In this document: positions 1 to 14,352 of the stretch, piece by piece | Position numbering within the stretch: position 1 is the first letter of the stretch | How the letters are laid out: each line of letters starts with the position of its first letter | Origin: Vicugna vicugna | Taxonomy: Eukaryota | Length of the DNA: 64,000 bases | NCBI GenBank assembly: GCA_013265495.1 | Contig: MU058103.1 | Span: 876,870 to 940,869 of the forward strand | Direction of reading: 5' to 3' | Position numbers and translations under genes: made by a program | The notes under the pieces: generated by a model | The model's database searches: none | The model's input: only the letters and a program-made list of their open reading frames with translations | Told to the model about the DNA's origin: nothing

Positions 1-29
1 TTCCACTGAGTGCGCCCAGGAATTTAGAT

Positions 30-192
30 CAGGGCTTGTCAAATTCCATATATGCAGGAATTACTTGAGGATTTGGTTAAAATACAGATTCTGATTCTGT
101 AGGTCTGGGATAGAACTTGAGATTTTGCTTTTTTAATAAGATCCCAGGAGATGCTAATGCCATTCTTCCATGACCACAGTTCCATCAGCAAG
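30..192. mobile_element. MER5-like hAT-Charlie MITE
   Basis: Contains 'gttaaaatacagattctgattctgtaggtctggga...aataagatcccaggagatgctaatgc...gaccacagtt', typical of MER5A/B. Confidence 0.7.
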
Positions 193-479
193 ATTTATAC
201 TGCTTGAATTTTTCTTCTTTTGTGTTGTGTTAAGTATCTCCAGCTTCCAGTCAATCTCTTCCTGCTTTGCTTTTATAGCAAACAAAGAATAGCTGTTTTC
301 ATAGTCATAGCTGCGGCGATATTGGACCCTTTCCTAACACAGGGAGTGCTTATTATTTGGAAGAATAATTGAACAGAAGCAAAAATCTATATAAACAACT
401 ACACTAATATTAGTGAGCATTCTTATATTGCTTTGGAGTTTACAGCATGTTATCTAGAGTATTATCTCAGTTGATTCAG

Positions 480-735
480 CTGTTGCACAGGTATTCTTTG
501 AGAGTCTGCTATGTCCAAGGCAATGAGGGGACAAAAAGACTAAGGTAGAACTTTGTGATGCTCACAGATTAGCAGGAAAGAAAGGCAGGAAAGTCGGCGA
601 CAACAGGATCATGTAATAAGATCTACAGTGGGAGTGTGTTCAGAATCGTATAGGGACATAGAGGAGGGCATTCCTGTCTTCAGAGGTCAGGAAAGGGTAA
701 AGGAAGGCTTCCCAAAGGATGTTATATCTTCACCA
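480..735 (-). mobile_element. L2 3' fragment
   Basis: Degenerate 'ctgctatgtccaaggc...gctcacagattagcagg...aggaaggcttccc' L2 3' pattern. Confidence 0.5.
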
Positions 736-799
736 CCTTAGACATCATTATTATCACTGCCATTGTCTCTCAAGCACCACCACCATCATCATTATAGCA

Positions 800-1050
800 T
801 TTATAATCAATTAGCATTTATCACAAACTCGCTGCTTACCAGATACCATGCAAGTTATATCATATGCATTACCTGAAACAATCCCCATAACCTCCTCATC
901 ATTTGGGTACTATTATTACCCCATTTTATGGATCAGGGAATGGTGCTTAGAGAGGTGAGATAGCTTGCTTAGTATGAAATAGCAGGGCCTGAATTCAAAC
1001 CAGAGCACCCCCACCCCCAGGCTCATAATCTTAACCATTATTGCCACTAC
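800..1050 (-). mobile_element. MIR SINE
   Basis: MIR core 'ggtactattattaccccattttatggatcagggaatggtgcttagagaggtgagatagcttgc...gaattcaaaccagag'. Confidence 0.8.
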
Positions 1051-1480
1051 TACCTCAGTTCACTTTTTTTAAGATAAACGATCGCAACCATCTTTACAGG
1101 TAAGGAAGATAAGTTAATTTTTTAATTTAATGTTGAGGACTCTGAGGTTCATATAAAATATTTTCCCAAATAACAGGGTAAAAGGTGAGGACCAGGCTCA
1201 ACTGAAGATTTCTAACTCCAGGTTCCACGTTTTTCTACTACATTTTGCAGATCCTGAGATCGAGGTGGGGTAGGGCAATTATGCGTCCATACATACCTAC
1301 ATTCACACCATACATCTGCACATCATGGGAGCAACTCTCTTCACATCCCAGACTGCAGGTCTGTCTATATTCTGCTTTGTTTTCAAAGCCCTTGTATTTG
1401 TAACACAATCTGATTTTTCCTTTGATTCTATTTTCAATTTGAATTTTATTTTATTTTGCCTGCTTTTCTTGATTCCTGGA

Positions 1481-1582
1481 AATATATATATATATATATA
1501 TATACTTATATATTTATAATATATATATATATTTTATATATTTATAATATATATATTTATATATTTATAATATATATATTAT
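1481..1582. repeat. (TA)n microsatellite with three copies of a ~22-26 bp 'ttatatatttataatatatatat' unit
   Basis: Seen directly. Confidence 0.95.
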
Positions 1583-1964
1583 AAACTATAGAGATTTTAG
1601 TCACCCTTTGAAGAAGTCCTACTGTGTAATGATCTTTCATTCACCTTCTGGAGGCTGGGGAAGGAGCTCTGAAAAATATTATTGGCTGGGAAGGGATATT
1701 TGTCTTTAGCTCAGATAAGCATTGTTGTCTGTATCTCTTAGTTCTTTTTCCTTCCTTCCCTCACTCCTTCCTTCTGCTGGTTCTCTTTCTCTTCCCTTTT
1801 ACATTTAATCCTCACTCTTATGTCCTTGCCTCCTTGACTTCTTCCCTCCCCTTTCCCTACTCCCTCTCTATCTTTCTTGAGTTGAAGAGGTGAACAATGA
1901 GTTCCCATTTAAAATTTTGTGGTGAATTTTCTGCATTTATAATTGCAACGTGAGCCCAAGGAAT

Positions 1965-2225
1965 CATGTGAAGAACTGGACTGTGCAGTCAAAAAGAACC
2001 ACCTAATATTTCACCTTTACCACTTGTTGACTTTGTGGTCCTAGGCAACTTATACTAGCTTTGCTTAATTTGCTTGTCTGTAAATGGAGATAGTAGTACC
2101 TTTCTCACAATAGAGATGAAAACAACATACTGCCTGAAACAGGAAGAAAAGCTCTCGTCCAGTGCAAGAAAATACAAAGAAATTCAGGGCGAGGCATGGT
2201 GTTAGGCATTCTCTGTTGTGTTTAT
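1965..2225 (+). mobile_element. MIR SINE
   Basis: 'ctttaccacttgttgactttgtggtcctaggcaactt...tgtctgtaaatggagatagtagtacctttctcac'. Confidence 0.7.
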
Positions 2226-2749
2226 CTTCAGAAATTGGCACGGCTCTATCTCGCACTAGATTACACAGCTTCCATTGGCAAAGACTGCTTCTCATTTATA
2301 TTTTTATCATACTTGCCCAGCCCAATGCATTATATGACGGGTGCTCAGTAAGGAGGATCCATGTTGAAAGGAGCAAGGAGAGAAGGTGATCCATCAAGGG
2401 ATACAGCTAGTCCTGGTGCTCTTTCTCTCCCTTTGCCCCCAAAGCAGCCTCTCCTATAAGGAGAACATCCAGATCAGTCCCTCTGCCAGCGAGAGATGGT
2501 TGGCAGTATTTCCTGCAGAGTAGAAGAAAAGACTGCTTGACCAGCTGCCACCAACATCTTCGAAAACTTAGATATTTAGGCAATTAGAGGTTTTCCATGG
2601 TGTTCTCCAGTGCTCTTTTCAAGGATTTTATTTTTAATCAACTGAACAAGAACCTCTTAAGATAGCACAGTACAGCAACTCCAGCCCCCCCAAAATGGAA
2701 AAGACCGCGTTTATGCATTTCTTCTCTGGAACCTTCTTCTCTATTGCCT

Positions 2750-3075
2750 TTGAGGCACTCCTGCCGACTCCTGACATGCCGATGTTCTCAAGATCCCTGC
2801 TCTATCTGTCCAGAGTCCTGGGGCTCTACATCCACTCCTTGGGCAAATCTATTCATTTTCTGCACTTCAAAAGTTGTCCACACCTGATAGCTCTCAAAGC
2901 TCTATGCCTCTGATCTGATGTTCAGCTCTGCCCTACATACTGGCTGTCTTTAAATATTTTATGACTGTCCCACAGGCTCCAGAGCTTATCACAGGAATGA
3001 ATTTATATTCCCCACCTAAACTTGTTCTCCTATATTTATAACCTCAGTAAATGGCATAAGCAGCCACTTAATTCT
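2750..3075 (+). mobile_element. L2 fragment
   Basis: 'tctacatccactccttgggcaaatctattcatt...aaacttgttctcct...ctcagtaaatggca', an L2 3' region pattern. Confidence 0.6.
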
Positions 3076-3626
3076 CATGACTGCCTTGTAAGTAAATATT
3101 ATTTCCCTGATTTGCTGAAGAAGCAGCTCAAATTTAAAGAAATCATGTAGCTGGACAGTGAGAGAACTGGCCTGCAGTCCCAGATCACCCTACTCCAAAG
3201 ATTGTGTCTCTTCTGATAAGGAAAGAATAGGGAGAAAGAAGCAAATCTAATTATTTCTATGTCTTAGTTTCTACATGTTAAAAAAATAATATAAAAATAT
3301 CTCAATGGCAGAGTTGTTGAGGCTTAAATACTTGTCATTGCTGTTGTTACAATCGTAGCTCAGGGCTTAAGACATGCAAGAAACTAACCTGAGCACAGCT
3401 ACCATATTGCTGTTTCTCTGTCAAGCTCACATTGATCAAATATGAAATACTGCTATATGTATACAGTAATCAAGGTATCAAATGAGGGTTTATCCTATTT
3501 CAGTAATCCAGATTCATTTCCCTTCGTGCAAAGCGTTTTTCCCCCAACATGGAATCATAACAGAAGTGAGATTAACAAACACATATAAATTAGTGACCAT
3601 AAATACAAAGCAAGACTGATGCTGTA

Positions 3627-4175
3627 GTCCTATTTCTAGGTATTTACCTAGGAGAAATTAAGACATATATCCACACAAAGAATTACACACAAGTGTTCAG
3701 TGCAGATGAATTCATATTAGCCAAAACCAAAAATAACACAAATTTTCATTAACTTGTGAAAAGGGTTTATAAGCAAATTGGTATATCTGTACAATAGAAT
3801 ACTATTAAGCAACATAAAGGAGTGAACTCTTGATGTGCATAAAGCATAGACGAATCTCAAAAGCATTATGCCAAATGAAAGAGGCCAGACAGAAAAACAA
3901 ACTTAATGATTCTATTAACATAAAATTCTAGAAAAAGAAAAGCCATAGTGACAGAAATCAGATGAATGGTTGTTAGGGACCAGAGGTAAAAGGGTAAGGT
4001 ATTGACTGCAAAGGGGCATGAGGGAAGATTTAGGGTGATTGGAATAGATGTAAATGTTTTCTATTATGACTGCCATTATACCATTGTGTATATTTGTCAA
4101 CATTTATCAAATTACATGCTTAAATTGATGAATGTTATTATATATAAGTACATATTAATAAAGCAGATAAAAATC
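3627..4175 (+). mobile_element. Old L1 (L1MB/MC/MD-like) 3' end
   Basis: 'ctaggtatttacctaggagaaattaagacatatatccacacaaag...gaatctcaaaagcattatgccaaatgaaagaggccagac...aataaagc'. Confidence 0.85.
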
Positions 4176-4652
4176 AAGAAGGAATAAACAAAAGACTGAG
4201 AATTTCAAATGATTCTTGTCAATCAAAACCAAAGACATAATAATCCTCATTTTTCTAATGACCAGGTTGTTGTAACATGAGTCAATGTGTCCAAAACATA
4301 GAATCACCCTAACATCAAATCTCATGCCAGACTGGCCTTCTAGCAGCCTAGATATTATCCTTATTTTGCTGATGAGGAAGCTAAAACTTGATGAGGTTAT
4401 GTAGCCGGAAAGTAGAAGAGCTGGCCTTCAATTTCAGATCCAAATTTATGTCTCTTCTAATAAGGTTTATCAGAGAGGAAAAAACAGGGAGAGAAAGGGA
4501 AAAATGCTGGAACAGCAACAGACATGCCATACACACACATACACACACAAGAAATAATTTAGGGGTAACTGAGAAAGTGATGTACTCAACCCCACTACTG
4601 TCCTCCCATGACCTTAGCTGCTCCACAGGTAGAAATCCTTTTGCCTAGGTTG

Positions 4653-5121
4653 GCAGTGGATGGTGTTAGCAAAATCTCTTCTCTTCTCCCTGGGCACAGA
4701 GTCAGTCTACTTTTCCCACTGTCTTTTGCAGTAGATTGGTCATGTGACTGAGTTATAGCTAATAGAACATGTATGAAAGAGATATGTACCAAGTATAACC
4801 AAAATTACAAAATCTCTCCACATGTTCCTCTATGATTTTTGCTCCTTCCACTTGAGGAAGAAGATGGTTCCAAGGGCAATCCTGGAAAGTATACACTGAA
4901 GCTGTCAGAGCTGCCACAGTCTTGGTTAATGAATGACTATGTAGGGCAGAGGGCATCCCTCCAACACACACGTCCATGTACACACACTACCACCACCTGC
5001 TTCTAGCAAACTGTAAGCATTCTTTACTGTAATATGAGCAACAAAAAAACTTCTATTATGTTGGGCTAACAACAGCTATAGGTTTATTTGTCACCATAAT
5101 CTTGACTACCCTAGTTAATAT
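4653..5121 (+). mobile_element. MaLR solo LTR (MLT1J-like)
   Basis: 'ttctccctgggcacag...tcttttgcagtagattggtcatgtgactgagttatagctaatagaac' and 3' end 'ggtttatttgtcacc...taccctagttaatata'. Confidence 0.75.
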
Positions 5122-5909
5122 AACAGTAGGCTAGCAGCAATTTAGAGCCTAGCATCATAGTAGGCAGAGTGGTCTACTCTGGTCTTTTAATTAAACCCCT
5201 ACCAAATCTCAGGTCATATTACTTCAATTTCAAAGTACAGATAATTTTGGATACACTATCATGGTGAAAGAGAGAGTTTTTCCTAAAGCCCAGAGAGAGC
5301 TAGACTTTGGTGCCCACTCAGGTAGAATCAGTAGCCACTGGACCCAGGATTATCATGCTAGCTTTGTTCAAAGAAAGTTACTTCAGGGAAGTGTAAAAGA
5401 GGCATTTATGCTGATAAAGACTTATTCTTCAACTAAAGCTCTATCTCCTAGAAAATCTGATCAAATCAATGTCTTCAAACATGATTACTCCTAGTAATGA
5501 TCTTCTTCCTAGGAAGGGGCATATGTAACATGAGGGCGTTAGACTTCAGAGGAGCACTGAGTTTCCCTGAGACAATACTCACATCATCCAGATTCAGTTT
5601 TTCTTTCCTTGGACGCTGTCCAAATAGACACTGCTAACATTGGTTTTCCTCTCCTGCATCATTCTGAGCTGCCATTGCCAACAATTTATTTTCTCCTGAC
5701 ATATTTTTTTTTCTTCTTTAGCTTAGATGATACCAGTGAGTCAAGTCTTGTTCTGGCTTGGGAACTATTCGTTCTCCTTAAGAAGACTATTTATATTTCT
5801 AAACCCATCCATTATGTGTTGATTTTATCAGTCAAACATTCAGAGTTCTCTGGAGACACACAGCATTACTCCGCCAATGAGTCATTCCAGCTCAGCAACA
5901 TATAGATTA

Positions 5910-5932
5910 ACACACACACACACACACACACA
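5910..5932. repeat. (CA)n microsatellite
   Basis: Seen directly. Confidence 0.95.
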
Positions 5933-6869
5933 TCAACTTAAAAAACAAAAACTTTCCTTCATTCAGAGTCTATTACAGAAGTCATCAGCCAAATGATTTG
6001 CTTATGTTTTGTTTTGTTAGAAAATGTGGCGTACAAGAAACAGCCAGTTAGATACAGGTTCAAATACTTGCACAAAACCTACTGAGATGTACTGCTTGCA
6101 TCAAGTTGTTTCAACTCTCTCACCTATAAAATAAGAAAATCAATACCGTATATTTTTGGTATACATATTAAATGTGATAATTCCTTCTCTTTCCAATCCA
6201 ACAGAGGGTAGGCAGCATCAAGTTTTCATCCCTTTGTGTGCATTCTATAGTGTAGAAACTTACCTTCATTTGTAAGCCATTTCTAGAAAATTCTCAAGAA
6301 TGAAATGGGATGTATGATGGAATGACCTATTAAAATCACCGAAAAGCAATTTTAAAAAAAGTTAAAAAAAAATCACTGGCAAGCTTGAGGGCCTGATTGT
6401 CCTTTAACTGGTCCATGAAAATATACCAAGTGTGAGAGCAACATGTAGCGTTGAATTTGCCAGAGTTTTCAGTTTGTGAATAACACTGCTGTCACACACC
6501 TGTGACTAAAGAGCCAGTGGGTGAGGACATGATGCCTTATGGCCTAGTAAAAGTCCATGAGGCCAACAAAAATAATTACTTTCTTATTTACTGTATTTAA
6601 TACTGCAGTGCTTTAATTCTTCTCATAGTATTATATTATAGGCTGTCTACGGAAGGGAGAAATCATTGGAAATAATCATTGTCTCTAACATGGAGCTGAA
6701 ATTTTATCAGCAATAAAGAAATGGTTGATCAGAATATCTGGTAGTTAATCAGACTAAATACACAGAAAGTTTTCAAATCCTGGAAATACATGCGGAGAAG
6801 CAGGGTGATAATCTCTCAGTGTAAAAATGTAGACGTCTTGGTTAGAAAGGTGAACGTTAACGTTTAGCA

Positions 6870-7060
6870 AGGCTGGAACTTACTAACTGTGTAACACTGT
6901 GAAAGTCAGTTAAGCAGTTTGAGTCTTAGGTTTGTTGCAAATGAGGCTGACTCACGATACCTACTGTAGAGGATTATTATAAGGACTAGAAATACCGGTA
7001 AGGGACTTTGGCAATGTGTGGCACACAGTGAAGAGAGTAAAATATAGTGGTGGTAGTTAT
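6870..7060 (+). mobile_element. MIR SINE
   Basis: 'acttactaactgtgtaacactgtgaaagtcagttaa...atacctactgtagaggattattataaggac'. Confidence 0.65.
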
Positions 7061-10000
7061 CATTTAAAAAGAGATTTCTACATTGAGTTGTTCCATTCAG
7101 AAAATCACTACCTCTGGGATCCTCTAGGCAGAAATGGTGGCAGTGTCATCTGCTCGGTGGTATTTTGATGTGTATGGAAGAGGTAATACCAATGGAATTG
7201 CTTTGTGAACTGTAAATATATAAAACATAAATACTGTTCGCAATATAGGTATTATTATTATTGTTGTCCTCTTTGTATCTAAATTTGTAACTCTGAACAC
7301 AAAGGAAACAAAAGAATCATTGAGTCGTGGGTGAAAATTATTATTTTTCCCCAAGATTAATATTCTTTTATAAAAAATCAGTTGTGCCAAATATTAATTT
7401 ACTGAAATCAACAATAGCAACTTTTACAGGCTTCTCTCACTCCAGTTCTCACGGAGTATTTTATGCTCTAATCATCATGGACATACTAGCTCAGTATTGA
7501 CCATCTATTGAAAAGTATTTAATAATAATATCACTGGTCTCGTATGAGTCTTATATCAGCAGTCCTCCTTTTGCTGTCAGTGATTAGCACATATATATAA
7601 TAGCCAACTAAGTTTCCACCCTGACCTAGTTTAGCTATTCTGCTATTCCACACTTTGGCAGTTTATTTAGTAATTTTTTTAGTTAGTATTTGTTTTGCTT
7701 CGGTGTTTGCAGCTTCTCTAATGTCTTATGTCCTGTTTATCAGGAATCACTATTTCCTTATATGGAGACAATTTCAATATTCTCCATGTGTTCTCATCGA
7801 AGACTTAGGAGCTATTATCATGGGTACATTCATTAGCAGTCCAACAGTTTTACTTCCTAGGGCATCTGATGCCTGTTTTATTCCCTGAAGCTTTAAAAAG
7901 TGAGTATTATAACAATGAGAACAAGAGGAGAAAACAGTTTTCTTGTGTTAAGAGTCTCAGTGCCTGGGCCCTATCATATTAATTAATCTAAGAAACCGAC
8001 TTATCAAATGAATGTTATAAAAAGAAATTTCGAACAGCCTTGCGCAGACTTCAGAGACCTTGTTCAATGAAGGACTGTCTTGCAGATTCTCACTGACCAA
8101 CAGTTTTATTTGCCATTTTCATCCCTCAAGGGATAAATAAGCTTAAAAGAAAAATTAAGAGAAAAAAAAACTTAGAGATTAAGAAATTATTTAGAATACA
8201 GTGAAATATGAAGTCTTCTCAAATGAGGAACTCACATCTCTATATTAAAAAACAAAGGAGGAGGCGGCAGCAGAGGCAAATTCTCCAGAGAGAAAAGTTA
8301 AGACCAAAGCTGAATTGTTATCTCCCTCTTTTTCTCGAAAGGAAAGGCTCCAAATATGACCCCCTCATGGCTTGTGAATCCCTTCATTACTAGACACCTC
8401 AGGTGTGAAGAGTCAATATTCCCTTAGGCAAGTAATGAAAACAGAACAGAAAGACATAAACTATTGTTTTTCTCCACTGACTGTTGGATTATTCTTTTAA
8501 ATAAACTTAGGCTGTAGAACTTTTCGGTGCATTATCTAAAGTAAAACAAGATGGTGGTCAGTCTATCAAGTGGTTTATCATCCATTCATCCATTCACCCA
8601 TTCTGTCCTCACATATTTGTTGAGAATCCACTGCATGCCAGACGTTATAGGTAAGGGGGATAAAGACATATAGAAAGTATAGTTCATGTTTTCAAAAGTA
8701 CTATATGTTTCTCAAAAGCTTTCAGAGAGACTGAGCAATGAATATGTGGTAAAGTTAGTATGTTGTCAAAAACACAGTAGTGAAGCAACAAGAGAAGAGG
8801 CTGAACATGTGTATATTGACCTGATCATAAGAAACTTGTACCAGAGTTAAGCAGGTTTCTGTATGGCTGAATTTTTCAATGTTTTGGACAAATCAAGTTT
8901 TAAAAGAGAGAAATCCACAGCATTTCCCAACTTATTGGACAATAGAAGCCAATTTTCTTTTGAGTTTACTTTTGTATGTTACAGAGCAATGGGACATGCT
9001 TTAAAAATTAAACTTCTAATGATGGGAAGCCATTTAATGATTATAAACTGGGGTAGTTTGTCAACAGATTTAACTTAAAAAAATGTTCACATAGGTAGCA
9101 GAATAATTGTAAGAAAAAAGATGGGTATAGGCTGTCGAGAAGTTGAAGAATCTACACATTAGTCCAGATAAAGATCAAAGAAGCCCTGCACGAAGGTAGT
9201 GGTGGATAGAAGAAAGGAAGTTACCTAAGAGCTTGTTGATTTCCAGAACTCAGATAGGGTTGGACTACATAGAAATTCTAGGAGGACCAGATGGAAAATT
9301 GGGGTGGGGGGGCGGAATGTGTGCATTTGAACACTTTGGATTTGAAGTTGAAAATTGAAAATTTTACTTGGATGTGAATGTCCGGTAAGTTATCCTGGCA
9401 TTCACTGTGTCTATGGAAACTTCCACGTGTGGGTAGAAGTGAAAACTACAGGAAGAGATGACATTTTCCAAAGTTATAAAGGCAAGAGCTTAAGCTCCTT
9501 TATGATGTTGCAGAAAGCAAGTTCTGATTAAGAGTATTTCTTGATACGTGTTGGGCATTCATGACATAAATAGTGTCTCCAGCTGGCCTTTGGTACCAGC
9601 ACATTATCAAACTTACCTACCTCTTCTTTCCTTTACCAAAAGGAAAAAGATCTAATACATCACCTAACTACTTATTCAAAAAAAAAAAAAGGAAAGAAAA
9701 TCCCTTTATGAAGTCTAAAACCTTCCATCTCTATGGGTTCCGAGTCTACTAAAATGTTTCTTATAAGACCATCTTAGAGATAATTTATACAACATATAAA
9801 GTTCAGCAGTGAAACAAAAATAAGAAAAAATATTTCTGTTGGCCAAGACTCTTTGGAGGCTTATATTTTTAGTGACATATAAAATCTGTTTTGGGAACTT
9901 CATATTGTGTTATGAATTCAGATTTCAAACAACAGTTTTGTGTTAACTGTAAAGATAAAAATTTTTTCTTAATCTTTCATATGGGGAATGAGTGAAGTAA

Positions 10001-12169
10001 AACTAGGCAGCAAAAAGTAACAGGACTATTTGACTTTTAATTCAGCATCCTTACTCTTATTTTTCAGTGACTGCCTTCTACTGCAATTTATTGTGGTGAC
10101 GGAGGAAGGAAAAGGAAAGGGTATATGTCACAGGAGCAGATTGGATGTGTAGACAAAAGAGCGTTCCAAGCCTTTAATATCTTTTTCGTGGTAGTGAAAT
10201 TAGGTCCATTTCTCTCCCGGTTTTGCCACCAGTTCGCAGCATGACCTTAGTAACATAACCTCATTTCTCTGAATCTCACTCCTCTTATCTATAAAATTAA
10301 GCATTGGACTAAAAATCTCCTTCCAGCTTTATGCTATATAATTTAAATTTATCATATTTCACTTGAGGCTTATATAAATATCCCAGAAAGTTGGTTTAGA
10401 AAAGAATCCGATAAAAAAAAAAGTATTTAATAATAAGGAGAAAAAAACCTTCTTAGTTCCTACCATTTTTCAAACCACAGAGCTCTTTCCTGTTTGAACC
10501 TATGGACTGCATGTTTTTTCATGATAGTAATAATGTTAATCTAGAGTGGCAGTGACATTCCAAATATCACCTTACTTGTGTTTATCTTTAAATGTCTGTT
10601 AGCATATTTCTGATTCTTATAATTGTTGAAAGGTGTCTTTCTAAAGCCAGAGTATGGAGATCTTTATTCCCAAGTCCCCACCTATTTTCTTTGTACCTCT
10701 GTCATTAACTCTGATTCTAGTTAAATTAAAAGAAACTGATTGCCTGTTGATTCCTAATCCTTACTGTCAGATTCCTAATTCTTAACATAAAATTTCCTTA
10801 GTTTCGCTTTTGAGCATCAGAAATCACACTGTGGTGTTACAAAATACTACAGACCTCTGCCAAGATTTTCTTTTTCTTCATTTCTGTCCTCTGTTGGGGG
10901 CATGCTTATTATGTATGACAGAATAGACAGCTCACAGTGAGATTCTTGATAGTAGTGTATCAACGTATAAGGGCAGTTGAAAATTTGAATATTCTTAAAA
11001 TCCTTTGTAATGTTATCTGTCCCATCAAAGGAGAATTCCTTGAGAAGACTGAGAAGACTTGATAGTAGCTGTGAAGTAAGCACCAACATTCAATCCCCTT
11101 CTAAGAATTTTACTTCAAGTTTTCCACGGAACACTTGTTCTGCTTTTCATACCAGAAAATAACTACTGAGTCAGGATACTAGATAGAATAGGAATAAACT
11201 CACTAGGGAGTGGGGGGAGAGAGAGTAGAAAGATAAAATATCTCATAAGTTCTGACTGGCATTATAACCAACAAAGCAGGTAAAAGTTGGAGAACTGTGG
11301 GAGTGGATATTGAGAGAAATGACCATTCTCTTTTCCAAGAACCCTGGCCAACTGGGTAATAAATGAATCATAGCTAGTGGGTGGATGGAATGTTCTCATA
11401 TATATTTCACCGAGAGAGTTCTGTCTATCTGAGAGAGCATATATTATTGAAAATATTGTTTTTATAAAATCTGCAGCTCTTACATAGATACATCAAAGCT
11501 AAATGGGAAAAAAGAAGAAATCAGTCTTACTCCTGGGAAAAGACAGACCAAGTAAGAAACAAAATTAAGTTAAAAAAATAATAACTGCCTCGTAGATCAT
11601 GGTACTTTCCTGTTTTTCAAATGCAGTTTTCACTTGGTGTTAATGGAATTTATTCATGCTCTCTGGTCTGAAAATACTTCTTCCACACAAGCTGAGTTTC
11701 TCAGTGGTGCTGACCTGCATCAAATATTTAGTCTGAATTCATTCACTACTTAAGCATCCTCTAGCACCAGGTTTTTGGAATGTATTAATGGATCTTGTCT
11801 ACCCAGCAGAGATTTTATAAGAAATTCTTATTCTGAGTTTCTCTTCTGTTTAGGTACCTAACACTCTGTGACGGTTTATTTCCTTCTAGTTGGTTGTGAG
11901 CTGTTTGAGGAGGGGGCCTTTTCTTCACTGTTCCTTTGTCTCTGGGGTTGACCACAAAGCCTGCACCTCAGAAGGAAGGACTCAGTGTCCCTCGGAAGTA
12001 AGGGCTCACTTAGGGTCAGCACGATACGTGTGTCATAAGAACACTGTGCACAACAGTGATCTTCCTACTGCTTCCTGTCGTAGGTAGAAAAATATTATTT
12101 CCTTGGTATTGGCGTCCAAAACTCTGTAAGACACATAGACCTACCCCAACAAGGTGAAAGAAAACAAAA

Positions 12170-12400
12170 ATGAAAACATTGAGTATCTACTATCGTTAGA
12201 TGGTGCCAGGGGTTATCAAATAAGTTTTGTTTTTTTTTTTTAAATCCTCCCTACAACCTTGTTAGGGAGGTATTATCACCCCATTTTACAAATGAGAAAA
12301 AATAAGGGCTCAGAAAGATGGCTTAACTTGCTCCTAGTCTTTAAGTTTATAAATTCAGAATCAAGATATGAATGAAGAGTGCTTTTCAGACTACTGCTAA
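12170..12400 (-). mobile_element. MIR SINE
   Basis: 'attgagtatctacta...ggtattatcaccccattttacaaatgagaaaaaataagggctcaga'. Confidence 0.75.
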
Positions 12401-12769
12401 AACATAACTATGGATGCAATCTGGGGGAGAGAGAAAGTACAGCTGTCCTTTGTGAAGGTCCTTTAAGTGATTTTGTTCCATGGGAAGCCAGGCACCCAGT
12501 GCGTCCCATTACTGATACTGGTCCACAGCGCTGGAAGAGAAATGAGGCCATCATAATATCTTTCTGAATTGTCTTCGAAGTAATCTCTCTCCCTGCTCAA
12601 CTTCTTTAATACTGGGGAGGAGCTAATCCAATGCTGCATAGCAGTATAGACATTCCTCTAAAAAAGCTCTTACCTCCCGGTTAGACTGTAAGCCCCTCAG
12701 TGTCAGGATCATGGCTGATCTGTCTGAGTGGAATCATCGTGTTTCTCTTTTTTCCTCTCCACTTTCCTA

Positions 12770-13125
12770 GCCTCATAGCCCTTGTTATTGTTCCTTTTAA
12801 TTTGCTTCCTAAAACTGGCCTCTGACCTCCCTCCCATCCCATTCACCCAAATACAGATCTGATCATAGCGATATTTTGCTTAAAATCCTCACGAGTCACC
12901 ATAGGCAGCAAGATAAAGTCCTCCCCTCTAATGTAGCTTCCAGGGTGCTCTCAGTCCTGCTGTGTCTTCCTCGCTGTCACGTATGCTGCTTCCTACCACG
13001 CATGCTCTAGACTCTGCCCATAGAGTGCTCCTTACTCACTCAGAACACCCAGCTCACTCTTTGCAGTGTCTTTATTTATGGTTCACTCAACCTAGAGTAT
13101 TTCCTCATTTGTCCCTCTTACTATG
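12770..13125 (+). mobile_element. L2 fragment
   Basis: 'aaatacagatctgatcatagc...gcttaaaatcctc...aagataaagtcc' L2 3' pattern. Confidence 0.65.
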
Positions 13126-14352
13126 TGATATCCTGAAGTTCAAGAATATTTTTTTTCTGCCTAATAGTGTTTATTTTTGCAAAAACAAAAGGACTGGCTA
13201 TGTCCTAGTCCTGATAAGAAGTGGTCAGTTGTTAGCATTTCATTACCTTTTTCCTCATGCATGACTAATCCTTATGTAAGTGTTCTCCTTGGTTCTTAAA
13301 CACAAACAGGGAAATATGTACAGAAAATTCTAATTCTATTCTTAACGCAAGAAAAAAAGCTGAGATTTTTATACTTGTTTCTTATTGTATGTCTGGAAGA
13401 AAGTAGAAGAGTCGGAGAAGGAAACAATATTAAGAGAAATAGAAGAAAGAAATTAAAATGGAATGGACTTGCAATCTTAACATCATCATTCAATGCTTTT
13501 GAGACTATAGAGACATGCATAAAAAAGGAAAGTAAAATAATAAGGGGACAAAATAATACATATTTCACTGGAATGATCAACATTTATATACATGACTATA
13601 TTCAAAAGGGATTAGTAGAGAGCAAAATTTGAGCCAAATAAATGTCTGTTTTTCCTTTGAATCACCTCTTCTATTCTTTGTCTCAGTTTCCTTGTGATTC
13701 AGCTACCTTCACCTTCTTTAAGACACAGCTCAAGGATCATCTTCTTCAAAAAGCCTTTCCTATCTGGACAAATAGGGATGGTGTGTGTGTGTGTGATGGG
13801 GCTGGGTGGGCAGGAGTTCGTCTGTACTCCCATAGACCTTGTGATTCCTTCTGTAATAGCATCTCGTGCAGTCCTGATAACATATAATTTTTTTCCCTCG
13901 ATCTGCATAGCTTCCTTATGGAGTGGAGGGTATATTCTTAGTATGTGGCACAGTTCTCAGTGAAACATAACTACTTTATGACTATATGTTAGACAGTCAA
14001 AGTCTGAGCACCCACAGTGGATTTTATCTTTATGGAGACATTTAGAGACTATGTCAAATTCAACCTCTTCTGGGTATCTTGCCCCTCCCACAGTATCCCC
14101 TGCAGTACTTAGCAAAGGTTTGTGTACAGTGACTACCAGACAGTGTTTACTGACAGAAAGGAATCTAACGAACCATCATGAAATTAGTCTATTTTTAAAA
14201 TTACTTAAACAGATTGTATTTTTAATAATATTCCGTGTCTCTGAATGTTTTTCAATTTTACAAATAGTAATTGAAGGCTCCAAAAGGCTGAATTTTTTCT
14301 TCAAAAGAATTGTGATAAAATAAGGCTTTAAAAATCTCTGGTTCTCCCTCAC

